From Dehalococcoidia bacterium (lineage in GTDB: Bacteria; Chloroflexota; Dehalococcoidia; Lucifugimonadales; UBA3495), in contig OZ242013.1 of the NCBI GenBank assembly GCA_965204805.1, forward strand, positions 3,059,598-3,123,597: DNA of 64,000 nucleotides. Direction: 5' to 3'. The position numbers and the translations under genes are program-made. Positions 26,341 through 34,476 of the stretch are shown here, piece after piece. The notes under the pieces are model-generated. The model had not been told where the DNA came from, searched no databases, and saw only the letters and a program-made list of their open reading frames with translations. The first letter of the stretch is position 1. Each line of letters begins with the position of its first letter.

Positions 26341-27396
26341 GTGGCCGTAGTCGTTCTCGAACCGCCCCAGCGTACACCGGGGGACTGGATTGGCTTCACC
26401 TATCGCGGGCTGCGCCAGTTGCCGTTGCTGCCTTCGGCCATCCTGGTCTTGCTGCTGGTGACAGCCATCTTCGCCAACTTCATCGCCCCTCACTCACCTA
26501 CCAGGGGCGAACTGAGCGACAGCCTGACTCCCCCGGTCTGGATGGGACAGAGCGTGGAGGAGACCAGGACGGTGGTGGAGGGGCGCGCCCTCGACTTCAT
26601 CACCCAAATCAGCCTCACCGAGGCCCAGCAGGAAATCGAAGACGGCAAGGCGCGGGTGGCCGGCGGCGGCGAACTGGTCCCGGGAGTCGAGCTGGAGTTC
26701 CTCCGACCCGGCGGCACCTGGACGTACATCCTGGGCACCGACCTGCAAGGCCGCGACGTGCTGAGCCGCGTGATTCACGGCACCCGCCCATCGCTGATAG
26801 TATCCGTGGTTGCGATACTGGTGGCGGGCAGCATCGGCACCACCATCGGCCTCATCGCGGGGTTCCGGGGCGGGCTGGCAGATGCCGTCCTGATGCGGCT
26901 CACTGACATCGTCCTGTCCATGCCGCTCATCCTCATTGCGGTGGTGGTGGCGGCCATCACCCAGCCCTCGTTGCAGAACATTATCATCATCATCGGCCTG
27001 CTGCTGTGGCCCCGGTTCGCGCGGCAGGTGCGGGGCGAGGCGCTGGCGCTGAAGCAGCAGGACTTCGTGGCCCGGGCGGTGGTGGCGGGCAGTTCCGGGC
27101 TGCGGATCAGCGTGAAGCACATACTGCCCAACATCGTGCCGTCGCTGCTGGTGATTTCCACCCTGCAAGTGGGCTACGTCATCCTGCTGGAAGGCTCCCT
27201 GAGCTTCCTGGGCGTGGGCGTGCCGCCGCCCCAGCCGGCTTGGGGCCTGATGATCGCCGACGGCCGCGGCCTGCTGGCGACGGCTTGGTGGACGGCCCTG
27301 TTCCCCGGCATCGCCATGGCGCTGACTGTGCTGTCCGTAAACCTTTTCGGCGACTGGCTGCGCGACAAGCTGGACCCGCGGCTACGGCAGATTTAA
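26341..27396 (+). CDS. ABC transporter permease (DppC/OppC-like) with enlarged first periplasmic loop
   Basis: 351 aa, GTG start. LGTDLQGRDVLSRVIHG and DFVARAVVAGSS motifs. No ATPase genes follow. Confidence 0.85.
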   Translation: MAVVVLEPPQRTPGDWIGFTYRGLRQLPLLPSAILVLLLVTAIFANFIAPHSPTRGELSDSLTPPVWMGQSVEETRTVVEGRALDFITQISLTEAQQEIEDGKARVAGGGELVPGVELEFLRPGGTWTYILGTDLQGRDVLSRVIHGTRPSLIVSVVAILVAGSIGTTIGLIAGFRGGLADAVLMRLTDIVLSMPLILIAVVVAAITQPSLQNIIIIIGLLLWPRFARQVRGEALALKQQDFVARAVVAGSSGLRISVKHILPNIVPSLLVISTLQVGYVILLEGSLSFLGVGVPPPQPAWGLMIADGRGLLATAWWTALFPGIAMALTVLSVNLFGDWLRDKLDPRLRQI

Positions 27397-27428
27397 CGGC
27401 GAGGCCAATTGAGATATGCGGCCAGTGG

Positions 27429-27439
27429 TATAATGGCGG
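27429..27439 (+). promoter_or_regulatory. -10 candidate TATAATGGCGG (with TGG extended -10)
   Basis: gtggTATAATGGCGG, 64 nt upstream of the ATG at 27498. Confidence 0.4.
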
Positions 27440-27497
27440 TCAAGCGAAGGCCATGCGCCGGCAATGGCGGCGCATTTCATCATAGAAGTCGAGTTTA

Positions 27498-28016
27498 ATG
27501 GGTATGGGTACGGAAGCCATCGTGGGGCTCGCTGCCGCCTGGGTCACCCTCTTTGGAGTGGTAGCGGGCGCGTTTGTTGGGTTGCTGGGAGTAATCAAGT
27601 CGGAAAACCGGACCCTTCTGGGGTTTTTCCAGTCGGAAAACCAAGCCCTGCGGGCGGAAGTCAAGGGCGAAGTCAACGCTTTCAGGACGGAAGTGCGCGA
27701 GGAAATCAGGGGCGCCCGTGAGGAAATGCGCGAGGAAATCAGGGGCACCCGCGAGGAAATCAGGGGTGTCCGCGAGGAAATGCGCGAGGACAACGCCCGC
27801 CTCCGCGAGGAAATGCGCGAAGAAAACGCCCGCCTCCGCGAGGAAATGCGCGAAGAAAACGCCCGCCTCCGCGAGGACAATGCCCGCCTCAGGCAGGAAT
27901 TGGTGGCGGAAATCCGCGAGGGGAACCAACGAATACTGGATGCTCTGTATAATCACCGCCACGACCCGAATACCGGCGCGACGGTCATCTACCCGCCGCA
28001 GGCCGCCGACGACTGA
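27498..28016 (+). CDS. N-terminally membrane-anchored coiled-coil protein built from tandem repeats
   Basis: 172 aa. TM helix IVGLAAAWVTLFGVVAGAFVGLLGV, then EIRGxREEMREEIRG and three REEMREENARL units. The antisense ORFs are open only because of the repeats. Confidence 0.55.
   Translation: MGMGTEAIVGLAAAWVTLFGVVAGAFVGLLGVIKSENRTLLGFFQSENQALRAEVKGEVNAFRTEVREEIRGAREEMREEIRGTREEIRGVREEMREDNARLREEMREENARLREEMREENARLREDNARLRQELVAEIREGNQRILDALYNHRHDPNTGATVIYPPQAADD
27771..27890 (+). repeat. 33-bp tandem repeat x3 plus a 21-bp partial unit (coding)
   Basis: Units 27804-27836 and 27837-27869 are identical (cgcgaggaaatgcgcgaagaaaacgcccgcctc). Unit 27771-27803 differs at 2 positions. Shorter 21-bp related units lie upstream, from about 27693. 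Confidence 0.9.
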
Positions 28017-28123
28017 CCGCCGAGCCGCCGAGCCGTTGCGCTAATACTCGGAAGCCATCCGTAAGCCGACATAATCGCCTTCCATAATGCTATCCGCCGT
28101 TGATTATTAGGCTTGAATCAGTA

Positions 28124-28152
28124 TTGACAACGGTCTATGCAGCGGCTTAAAT
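28124..28152 (+). promoter_or_regulatory. sigma70-like promoter candidate for the DUF1800 operon
   Basis: TTGACA-17 nt-TTAAAT. Confidence 0.5.
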
Positions 28153-28167
28153 GAATGAGTGAGTAAA

Positions 28168-28217
28168 GGGCAAGCGGCCTTGTGCTTTCGCTTGCCCGTT
28201 GTTCAGTTATCGGGCAA
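28168..28217 (+). promoter_or_regulatory. leader with two mutually exclusive hairpins (attenuator-like)
   Basis: Hairpin 1 is GGGCAAGCG/CGCTTGCCC (28168-28197). Hairpin 2 is TTGCCCG/CGGGCAA (28192-28217). They share 28192-28197. Confidence 0.4.
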
Positions 28218-28306
28218 ATCAGCCTGGAGGGATGCTCACCAAAAGATACGGACTGAAATAACCGCAAGAGGGCAAGACAAGAACAAAGCCGAAAAAGGAG
28301 GAATGG

Positions 28307-29746
28307 ATGACACAGAACGCAGTTTCCCAAGAAGAAATCGCCTTGATGGCCCACTTGCTGCGGCGGGCAGGCTTCGGCGCCAGCCGCGACGAGATTGAGG
28401 TCAGGGCGCGGCAGGGCTACGACAGCGTCGTAGAGGAACTGCTCAACCCCGCCGATGATCCCGGTATTGATGAAGACTTGATGTATCGCGCCTACCCGTC
28501 GTATTTCGACAAGGCGGCTATCGAGACGGGCCAGACCGAGATCGTCTACCGGATGATCAACAACAAGCACCAGCTCAAGGAGAAGATGGCCCTCTTCTGG
28601 CACACCATTCTCTGTGCTGGCGACAACAAGGTGGACAACGCCCGCACCACCTCCATGCAGTACGATACCTTCCGCGAGAAAGGCATGGGCAACTTCAAGG
28701 AATTGCTCCTGTGGCTGTCCACCGACCCGGCGATGTTGTACTACCTGGACAACATCGAGAGCCACAAGACGGCGGTCAACGAGAACTATGGCCGCGAGCT
28801 GCTGGAGCTGTTCTCCCTGGGCGTCGGCATGGACCAGGAGTTCAACTACACCGAGGATGACGTCAAGGCCTGCGCTCGCGCCTTCACCGGCTGGAACCTG
28901 GCCCCGACGATCCCGGTCTTCCCCTATGGCCGCACCCCCTTCGAGTTCCGCTTCGACCCGGCCGACCACGACTACAGCGAAAAGACCTTCCTGGGCGAAA
29001 CGGGCAACTGGAACGGCGACGACGTCGTTGACATCATATGCAAGCAACCCGCCGCCGCCCGGTTCGTCGCCCGCAAGCTCTACGACTTCTTCGTCGCCGA
29101 CGAGCCGCCGGTCCCGGCCTGGCGCCTTTCCGAACCCCGGGACATGGACGCCATCCGGCAACTGGAGCAGGCCTACTTCGACTCCGGCTACGAGATCAAG
29201 GCAATGTTGCGGGTGCTGTTCACCAGCGACTTCTTCAAGGACGAAGCGGTGCGCTACGCCAAGGTGAAGAGCCCGGCCGACGTGGTCATCGGCACCATGC
29301 GCATGGCCCAGGACCACACCGAGCCCAAGCCCGGCCTGTTCTTCGTGGCCATGGAGCCGAAGTACATGGGCATGGACTTGCTCAACCCGCCCACCGTCGA
29401 AGGCTGGCACATGGGCCGCGAGTGGATTAACAGCGGCAGCTTGATCGACCGCATCAACTTCGCCTCCAAGGTGCTGGGCGACACCAGCCTGCCCGGCGTG
29501 CAGTCCATGGTCAACCGGCTGATGGCCCAAGGCGAAAGCCTGACCGCCGAGCAGATGGTTGATGGCTGCCTTGACCTGGTAGGCCCGCTGACCATCTCCG
29601 ACGAGACCCACAGAGAGTTGGTGGGCCACGTGGCCCAGGGAGGCGAGTTGCGCCACGGTACCGAAGAAGAGCAGGCCGACTTCGCCCGCCGCGCCGGCGA
29701 GACCTTCCAGATGATTGCCACCACCTCGGAGTTCCAGTTCGGCTAA
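28307..29746 (+). CDS. DUF1800 domain-containing protein
   Basis: 479 aa. AHLLRRAGFGASRDEIE, LFWHTILC and YLDN motifs typical of DUF1800. GGAGGAATGG SD. Confidence 0.85.
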   Translation: MTQNAVSQEEIALMAHLLRRAGFGASRDEIEVRARQGYDSVVEELLNPADDPGIDEDLMYRAYPSYFDKAAIETGQTEIVYRMINNKHQLKEKMALFWHTILCAGDNKVDNARTTSMQYDTFREKGMGNFKELLLWLSTDPAMLYYLDNIESHKTAVNENYGRELLELFSLGVGMDQEFNYTEDDVKACARAFTGWNLAPTIPVFPYGRTPFEFRFDPADHDYSEKTFLGETGNWNGDDVVDIICKQPAAARFVARKLYDFFVADEPPVPAWRLSEPRDMDAIRQLEQAYFDSGYEIKAMLRVLFTSDFFKDEAVRYAKVKSPADVVIGTMRMAQDHTEPKPGLFFVAMEPKYMGMDLLNPPTVEGWHMGREWINSGSLIDRINFASKVLGDTSLPGVQSMVNRLMAQGESLTAEQMVDGCLDLVGPLTISDETHRELVGHVAQGGELRHGTEEEQADFARRAGETFQMIATTSEFQFG

Positions 29747-29761
29747 ACCACTTCCCCTCAA

Positions 29762-29800
29762 TTCCCTCCCCCTGAGGGGGAGGGTTAGGGTGGGGGTGAA
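29762..29800 (-). repeat. REP-A copy (consensus)
   Basis: ttccctccccctgagggggagggttagggtgggggtgaa. Confidence 0.9.
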
Positions 29801-29835
29801 TGGCCAATGACTGGAAATGACACGATTTGGCAGGG

Positions 29836-29893
29836 TTTCAGAATTTTCGCCATCCTGAAAATCCTAGAATCCGGTAAATCCTGATTCAGACAA
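29836..29893. repeat. family D' repeat (…aatcctgattcagacaaac end)
   Basis: tttcagaattttcgccatcctgaaaatcctagaatccggtaaatcctgattcagacaaac. Related copy at 62645..62713 and a fragment at 2391..2407. Confidence 0.65.
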
Positions 29894-29927
29894 ACCATAA
29901 CAGCACAGACTAAACGGAGGAATAGCG

Positions 29928-31064
29928 ATGGTATCCACCAGCAAGGATCCGGTCCTGGCTGTAGTCTCCCTGTCCGGCGGGAACGACGGGATGAACACGG
30001 TCATCCCCTACACCAACCCGCGCTACCGCGACTACCGCCCGACCCTGGGGATCCCCGAAGAGATGATTGTTCCCCTGAACGACACCCTGGGCCTGCACCC
30101 GGCCATGGCTCCCTTCAAGAAGTATTGGGACGAGGGCAAGCTGGCCATCATCCAGGGCATCGGATACCCCAACGGCAGCCTGTCGCATTTCCGCTCCATG
30201 GACATCTGGGCCACCTGCGAGCCGGTGGAACTGGGCGTGGAAGGCTGGCTGGGCCGCTTGGTCAAGGAACTGGACCCCAACAAGGAAAACGTGCTGACCG
30301 GCGTGAACTTCGGCCGCGGCCTGCCCCGCGCCCTAGCCATGGAAGGCGTCCCCATCGCCTCCGTCGGCGACCTGACCAGCTACGGCCTGCTGACCGAGCT
30401 GGAGAAGGAAGAGCAGCGGAACGAGGCCCTGGACCTCTTCGGCCGGATGTACGGCCCGGCCATCGGACGCGGCGCGGTGGAAGACTTCATCCGCAGCACC
30501 GGCGTCGAGGCCATGATGGGCGCCGACATCCTGGGCACCGCCCCCGGAATGTACCGGGGCGAGGAAGAGTACCTGCTGGGCAACATCGGCGGCTACCTGC
30601 GCGACATGGTGCAGGTGCACAACGCCAACCTGGGCACCCGGGTGTTCTTCACCACGGCTCCCTACAACATCTTCGACACCCACGCCAACCAGGCCGTCGG
30701 CCAGTCCAACCTGCTGAACGACGTGGCCCGCAACGTGGACTCCTTCATGGCCGACCTGCGGCACCACGGCATCGGTGACAACGTGGTGACGCTGCTCTAC
30801 TCCGAGTTCGGGCGCCGCGCCATGGACAACGGCTCCGGCACCGACCACGGCACCGGCGGCGTGGCCTTCGTCATCGGCGAGAACGTCAAGGGCGGCCTCT
30901 ACGGTGAGTACCCGTCCCTGGAGCCCAACGAACTGGAAGACGGCGGCAACCTGCTGCACAACAACGACTTCCGCTCCACCTACGCCACCCTGCTGGAGAA
31001 CTGGATGGGCGTGGACTCCAAGCCCATCGTCGGCGGAACCTGGGAGAAGCACGACTTCATCTAA
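29928..31064 (+). CDS. DUF1501 domain-containing protein (sulfatase-fold)
   Basis: 378 aa. VVSLSGGNDGMNTVIPY, HFRSMDIW, FDTHANQ and GTDHGTGG motifs. No N-terminal Tat/Sec signal is visible. Confidence 0.85.
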   Translation: MVSTSKDPVLAVVSLSGGNDGMNTVIPYTNPRYRDYRPTLGIPEEMIVPLNDTLGLHPAMAPFKKYWDEGKLAIIQGIGYPNGSLSHFRSMDIWATCEPVELGVEGWLGRLVKELDPNKENVLTGVNFGRGLPRALAMEGVPIASVGDLTSYGLLTELEKEEQRNEALDLFGRMYGPAIGRGAVEDFIRSTGVEAMMGADILGTAPGMYRGEEEYLLGNIGGYLRDMVQVHNANLGTRVFFTTAPYNIFDTHANQAVGQSNLLNDVARNVDSFMADLRHHGIGDNVVTLLYSEFGRRAMDNGSGTDHGTGGVAFVIGENVKGGLYGEYPSLEPNELEDGGNLLHNNDFRSTYATLLENWMGVDSKPIVGGTWEKHDFI

Positions 31065-31172
31065 ACCGCCCGCCGGGTGAAACCCGGCCGGTTCAAGCAG
31101 GAAAAGGGATAGACGCCGGAGCGCAGGCAATGAATATCCTGCGTTCCGGCAGGATGAAAAGAGAGTACCAAT

Positions 31173-31391
31173 ATGCCAGAAGAAAACGACGCAACCATGC
31201 CAGAAGAGGGAGGCGGCATCGTCCAGTTCCTTTTGGGAATTGTGAGGGCTGTGGTATCCGCCATCAGGTCCGTAATATCCGGCGCCATGGACGCAGTCAG
31301 AGGCGTCATCAGTTCGCTGATGGAGTGGCTGGTCAACGCCATCAGTTCCATCGCGCAACAGGTTATCGGCCGCCTGGCAACCGACATCTAA
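31173..31391 (+). CDS. small protein with four 11-residue amphipathic repeats (hypothetical)
   Basis: 72 aa. IVRAVVSAIRS/VISGAMDAVRG/VISSLMEWLVN/AISSIAQQVIG. Followed by its own hairpin. SD is weak. Confidence 0.4.
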   Translation: MPEENDATMPEEGGGIVQFLLGIVRAVVSAIRSVISGAMDAVRGVISSLMEWLVNAISSIAQQVIGRLATDI

Positions 31392-31398
31392 TGCGCCC

Positions 31399-31428
31399 GG
31401 CTCCCTTGGACACAGCAGGGAGCCTTTC
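31399..31428 (+). terminator. hairpin after the small ORF
   Basis: ggctccc-ttggacacagca-gggagcc then tttcccc. Confidence 0.4.
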
Positions 31429-31460
31429 CCCGGTAACAGCAACAACTAAGGAGGCAAGCC

Positions 31461-32522
31461 GTGGCAAGTGTATTTCTCGGCATCAACGACCGGACGTACA
31501 CCTACAAGTGGGTCGCCGGTCGCTCCGAGTTCCAAGGCACCGGGTTCCGAAACCCGATGGACTTCGCCTTCGGGCCGGACAAGGCAATGTACGTCGTGAA
31601 CCGCTCCTACGAGTCCCGTTCCGACGGCACCCGCATCAACCTGTTCTACCTGGACGATGAGGGCGCAGAGCAGTACGTAACCGAGTTCGGCGGCTATGGC
31701 GAAGGCCCCGGCCAGTTTATCTGGCCCATGTCCATCGCCCTGGACGACGAGACCAACGTCTACGTATCCGACGAGTATCTGCATCGCATCACCATCTTCG
31801 ACAAGGATGGCAACTACGTCAGCCACTGGGGCGCCCACGGCTCCGGCAACGGCGAGTTGGACCGGCCGGCCGGCCTGGCCATCCGCGACGGCGTGCTGTA
31901 CGTGGTGGACAGCCGCAACCACCGGGTGCAGAAGTTCACCCTAGACGGACAGTACATCTCCCAGTTCGGCAGCTTCGGCAGCGGCCCCGGCGAGCTGAAC
32001 ACTCCCTGGGGCATCGGCCTGGACAAGGAAGGCAACGTCTTCGTCGCCGACTGGCGCAACGACCGCATCCAGTCCTTCACTGGCGACGGCCAGTGGCTAC
32101 AAAGCATCGGGCAGCCGGGCAGCGGCGGAGACGCCTCCATCGCCCGCGACCACGGTGGTTTCCACTTGGTCAACCGCCCGGTGGGCATCTTCAACCGCCC
32201 GACCGGCGTGGCCGTGGATAAGGACGGCGACGTCTACGTGGCCGACTGGCTGAACAACCGGGTGCAGGTGCTGACCCCGGAGGGCCGGTTCATCACCGAG
32301 TTCACCGGCGACGCCGCCCTGTCCAAGCTGGGAGTGCAGAAGATTGAGTCCAACCCTGACATGATTCGCCAGCGCAACGGCGTCCGCGACTTCACCCCCG
32401 AGAAGGTCCTCTGGGCCCCCGTGGCCGTGAAGGTGGACGACGACGGCAATGTCTACATCGCCGACACCACCCGCCATCGCTTCCAAGTCTACCAGAAGAA
32501 TACCGAACCGGTGCTGGTCTAG
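31461..32522 (+). CDS. NHL-repeat beta-propeller protein
   Basis: 353 aa, GTG start after AAGGAGG. Repeats such as VYVSDEYLHRITIFD, LYVVDSRNHRVQKF, VFVADWRNDRIQSF, VYVADWLNNRVQVL and VYIADTTRHRFQVY. Confidence 0.75.
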   Translation: MASVFLGINDRTYTYKWVAGRSEFQGTGFRNPMDFAFGPDKAMYVVNRSYESRSDGTRINLFYLDDEGAEQYVTEFGGYGEGPGQFIWPMSIALDDETNVYVSDEYLHRITIFDKDGNYVSHWGAHGSGNGELDRPAGLAIRDGVLYVVDSRNHRVQKFTLDGQYISQFGSFGSGPGELNTPWGIGLDKEGNVFVADWRNDRIQSFTGDGQWLQSIGQPGSGGDASIARDHGGFHLVNRPVGIFNRPTGVAVDKDGDVYVADWLNNRVQVLTPEGRFITEFTGDAALSKLGVQKIESNPDMIRQRNGVRDFTPEKVLWAPVAVKVDDDGNVYIADTTRHRFQVYQKNTEPVLV

Positions 32523-32530
32523 GAAGCAAG

Positions 32531-32553
32531 TTCCCTCTCCCAGCGGGAGAAGG
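32531..32553 (-). repeat. REP-A copy (truncated)
   Basis: ttccctctcccagcgggagaagg. Confidence 0.7.
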
Positions 32554-32562
32554 ACGCCAAAA

Positions 32563-32597
32563 TTCCCTCTCTCTGGGAGAGGGTTAGGGCGAGGGCG
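32563..32597 (-). repeat. REP-A copy
   Basis: ttccctctctctgggagagggttagggcgagggcg, tandem with the truncated copy 10 nt upstream. Confidence 0.85.
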
Positions 32598-32658
32598 TAA
32601 CCCCCGCCAACAGACAACAGGGGCAGGCTTGATGCCTGCCCCTACTTATGGAGCGCCC

Positions 32659-33507
32659 ATGACGCAGAATCAGGAACAATCCGGCGGCACGTTAGCCCAG
32701 CAGATGTTCGGCCCGCAGGCTGGGGTCTACGCCCAGAGCAAGGTGCATATCAGCGACGACAGCCTGGAATCGGTGCAAAAGCTGACCAACCCGGCCCTTC
32801 GACAAGCTCAGGGTGACGGGCGGCAAACCCAGGACGATGGGGAAGTTGTGACGCCCTACCGGTGGGCCGTGGACATCGGCACCGGGGCGGGATTCACCGC
32901 CTTCGCCATGGCCGAGGTATCGGAGCGCGTAATAGCCAGCGACATCACCCAGCCGATGCTGCGGCAGGCCGGGCGCATCAGTGGTGAGCGGGGGCTGCCC
33001 AACGTCGGGCTGGTGCAGAACGCCGCCGAGTCGCTGCCCTTCGCCGACGGCAGCCTCGACCTGATAACCTGCCGAAAGGCCGCCCATCACTTCCGCGACT
33101 TCGAGGCGGCCCTGGACGAGGCGCAACGCGCGCTGCACCCCGGCGGCTCGCTGGTGATGGCCGACACCGTAGCCCCGGAGGATGACGACATCGCCCGGTG
33201 GCAGAACGAAATCGAGCTGCGCCGAGACTTCAGCCACGTTGAGGACCGCAAGATTTCCGTCATCCGGCGGATGCTGGCCGACCGTGGCTTCGAGGTGGTG
33301 GGAAGCGAAGACGAGCGGGTATACCTGTGGTTCAACGACTGGGTGATGCGAACAGGGGTGCCGGAAGACGAGGTTGCCGCCCTGCGCCGTGAGTTCCAGG
33401 AGGGGGCGCCGGAAATCAAGGAGGCGTTCCAGGTGGGCGAACCGGAGGAGGACGGGGATTTTCTGTTCTCGTTCCCAGTGTGGGTGTTCCGGGCATTGAA
33501 GAGGTGA
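32659..33507 (+). CDS. class I SAM-dependent methyltransferase
   Basis: ATG at 32659 after GGAG. VDIGTGAGFTA (motif I) and LDLITCRKAAHHF. Contains an in-frame REP-C copy (ALRQAQGDG). Confidence 0.8.
   Translation: MTQNQEQSGGTLAQQMFGPQAGVYAQSKVHISDDSLESVQKLTNPALRQAQGDGRQTQDDGEVVTPYRWAVDIGTGAGFTAFAMAEVSERVIASDITQPMLRQAGRISGERGLPNVGLVQNAAESLPFADGSLDLITCRKAAHHFRDFEAALDEAQRALHPGGSLVMADTVAPEDDDIARWQNEIELRRDFSHVEDRKISVIRRMLADRGFEVVGSEDERVYLWFNDWVMRTGVPEDEVAALRREFQEGAPEIKEAFQVGEPEEDGDFLFSFPVWVFRALKR
32795..32813 (+). repeat. REP-C core inside the methyltransferase gene, in frame
   Basis: cccttcgacaagctcaggg, read as LRQAQG. Confidence 0.8.
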
Positions 33508-33522
33508 GCTACCGTGTGCGAT

Positions 33523-33692
33523 TCACCCAAGAAATTTGAGTATGAGGGTGAGGGCGGCAATTCCGATGCCGATGCCAGTCATTGTCCAGCGAAGGCCACG
33601 CATTTCCCCCGCAAGTCGGCGATGTCTTCCTTAGTAGCTAGATGCGGGATTATCCCTTCGATGCGGCTGACGCGTTCCTCAATGGTCGCCAT
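33523..33692 (-). pseudogene. small C-terminally anchored coiled-coil protein (DUF1640-like) with a 1-nt deletion in a G5 run
   Basis: MATIEERVSRIEGIIPHLATKEDIADLRG then stops. The adjacent frame continues EMRGLRWTMTGIGIGIAALTLILKFLG*. The junction is at the C5 run 33606-33610. Resembles the gene at 55284..55544. Confidence 0.4.
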
Positions 33693-33797
33693 GGATACCT
33701 CAGGGGAGTCAGCAATGCTTAATGCACTGCGAATTATTCGTGGAATTCATATCTTTAGAGCTCAGGATAAAATACGGATCCCTGATTTGCAAGCTCA

Positions 33798-34466
33798 TTA
33801 TGTCGGCCACTGCTCCAGCTTCCAGGCCATGTCCCAGAACTGGTACTCCAAGCGCAGGCTGGTGACGTAGGCCGTCTCCATCGCTGCCTGCTCCGCCGGT
33901 GATGATGCGCCGCCCAGGCCGTCGGTCAGCGTCCGCAGGCGCAGGGCGAGGTCGCGGAACTCGTCGGACGAATACATACCCACCCATTCGGCGTAAAGGG
34001 GCGCGTGAGCCGGCGCTCCCATGCGGGCCAGATGCTCGCCAATTTCCCAGTAGCCCCACTGGCAGGGCAGCAGTGACGCAGCCAACTCGCCGAAGCTGCC
34101 TTGCGACGCCACCCGCAGCAGGTAGCTGGTGTAGGCAACGGTGGCCGGCGCGGGACGGGTGGCCTCCAGTTCCTCGCGGCTGATGCCGAACTGGGCGCAG
34201 TAGCCCCGGTGCAGCTCCATCTCGGTGTTCAGCGTCTCGTCCAGCAACCCGGCGAACCATGACATTACCTCCAGCTCCGGAGCCCGCGCCGCCCCCAGCG
34301 CCAGCACGCGGGCGTAGTCAATCAGGTACACATAGTCTTGGGCGACGTAGAACTTGAACCGCTCCACGTCCAGGTCGCCCCGCCCGATGCCCGCGACGAA
34401 GGGATGCTCCAGGATGGCCCGGCGCACGGGCAGACAGCGTTCCTCTACGCCTTCGATGAAGCCCAT
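33798..34466 (-). CDS. tenA: TenA-family thiaminase II / aminopyrimidine aminohydrolase
   Basis: 222 aa. HPFVAGIGRGDLDVERFKFYVAQDYVYL and LLPCQWGYWEIG motifs. Confidence 0.8.
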   Translation of the reverse strand: MGFIEGVEERCLPVRRAILEHPFVAGIGRGDLDVERFKFYVAQDYVYLIDYARVLALGAARAPELEVMSWFAGLLDETLNTEMELHRGYCAQFGISREELEATRPAPATVAYTSYLLRVASQGSFGELAASLLPCQWGYWEIGEHLARMGAPAHAPLYAEWVGMYSSDEFRDLALRLRTLTDGLGGASSPAEQAAMETAYVTSLRLEYQFWDMAWKLEQWPT

Positions 34467-34476
34467 AGTCGCCCCC

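Noticed and set aside
26189-26377. Short ORFs translating REP-A copies (this one plus 29511..29807, 62409..62627, 62290..62607, 49088..49333 and others) giving PLPxGEG / PSPSGRGLG peptides
   Set aside because: They overlap the hairpin repeats in varying frames and orientations and have no start-site support. The shared peptide motif is a by-product of the repeat.
27693-27890. Regularly spaced direct repeats that could be mistaken for a CRISPR array
   Set aside because: The units are contiguous 21/33-bp tandem repeats with no spacers. They lie inside a continuous ORF with 11-codon periodicity. No cas genes or leader are present.
28118-31445. 547-aa and 370-aa minus-strand ORFs opposite DUF1800 and DUF1501
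   Set aside because: They are shadow ORFs of a GC-rich coding strand. The plus-strand products carry diagnostic DUF1800/DUF1501 motifs and SD sequences.
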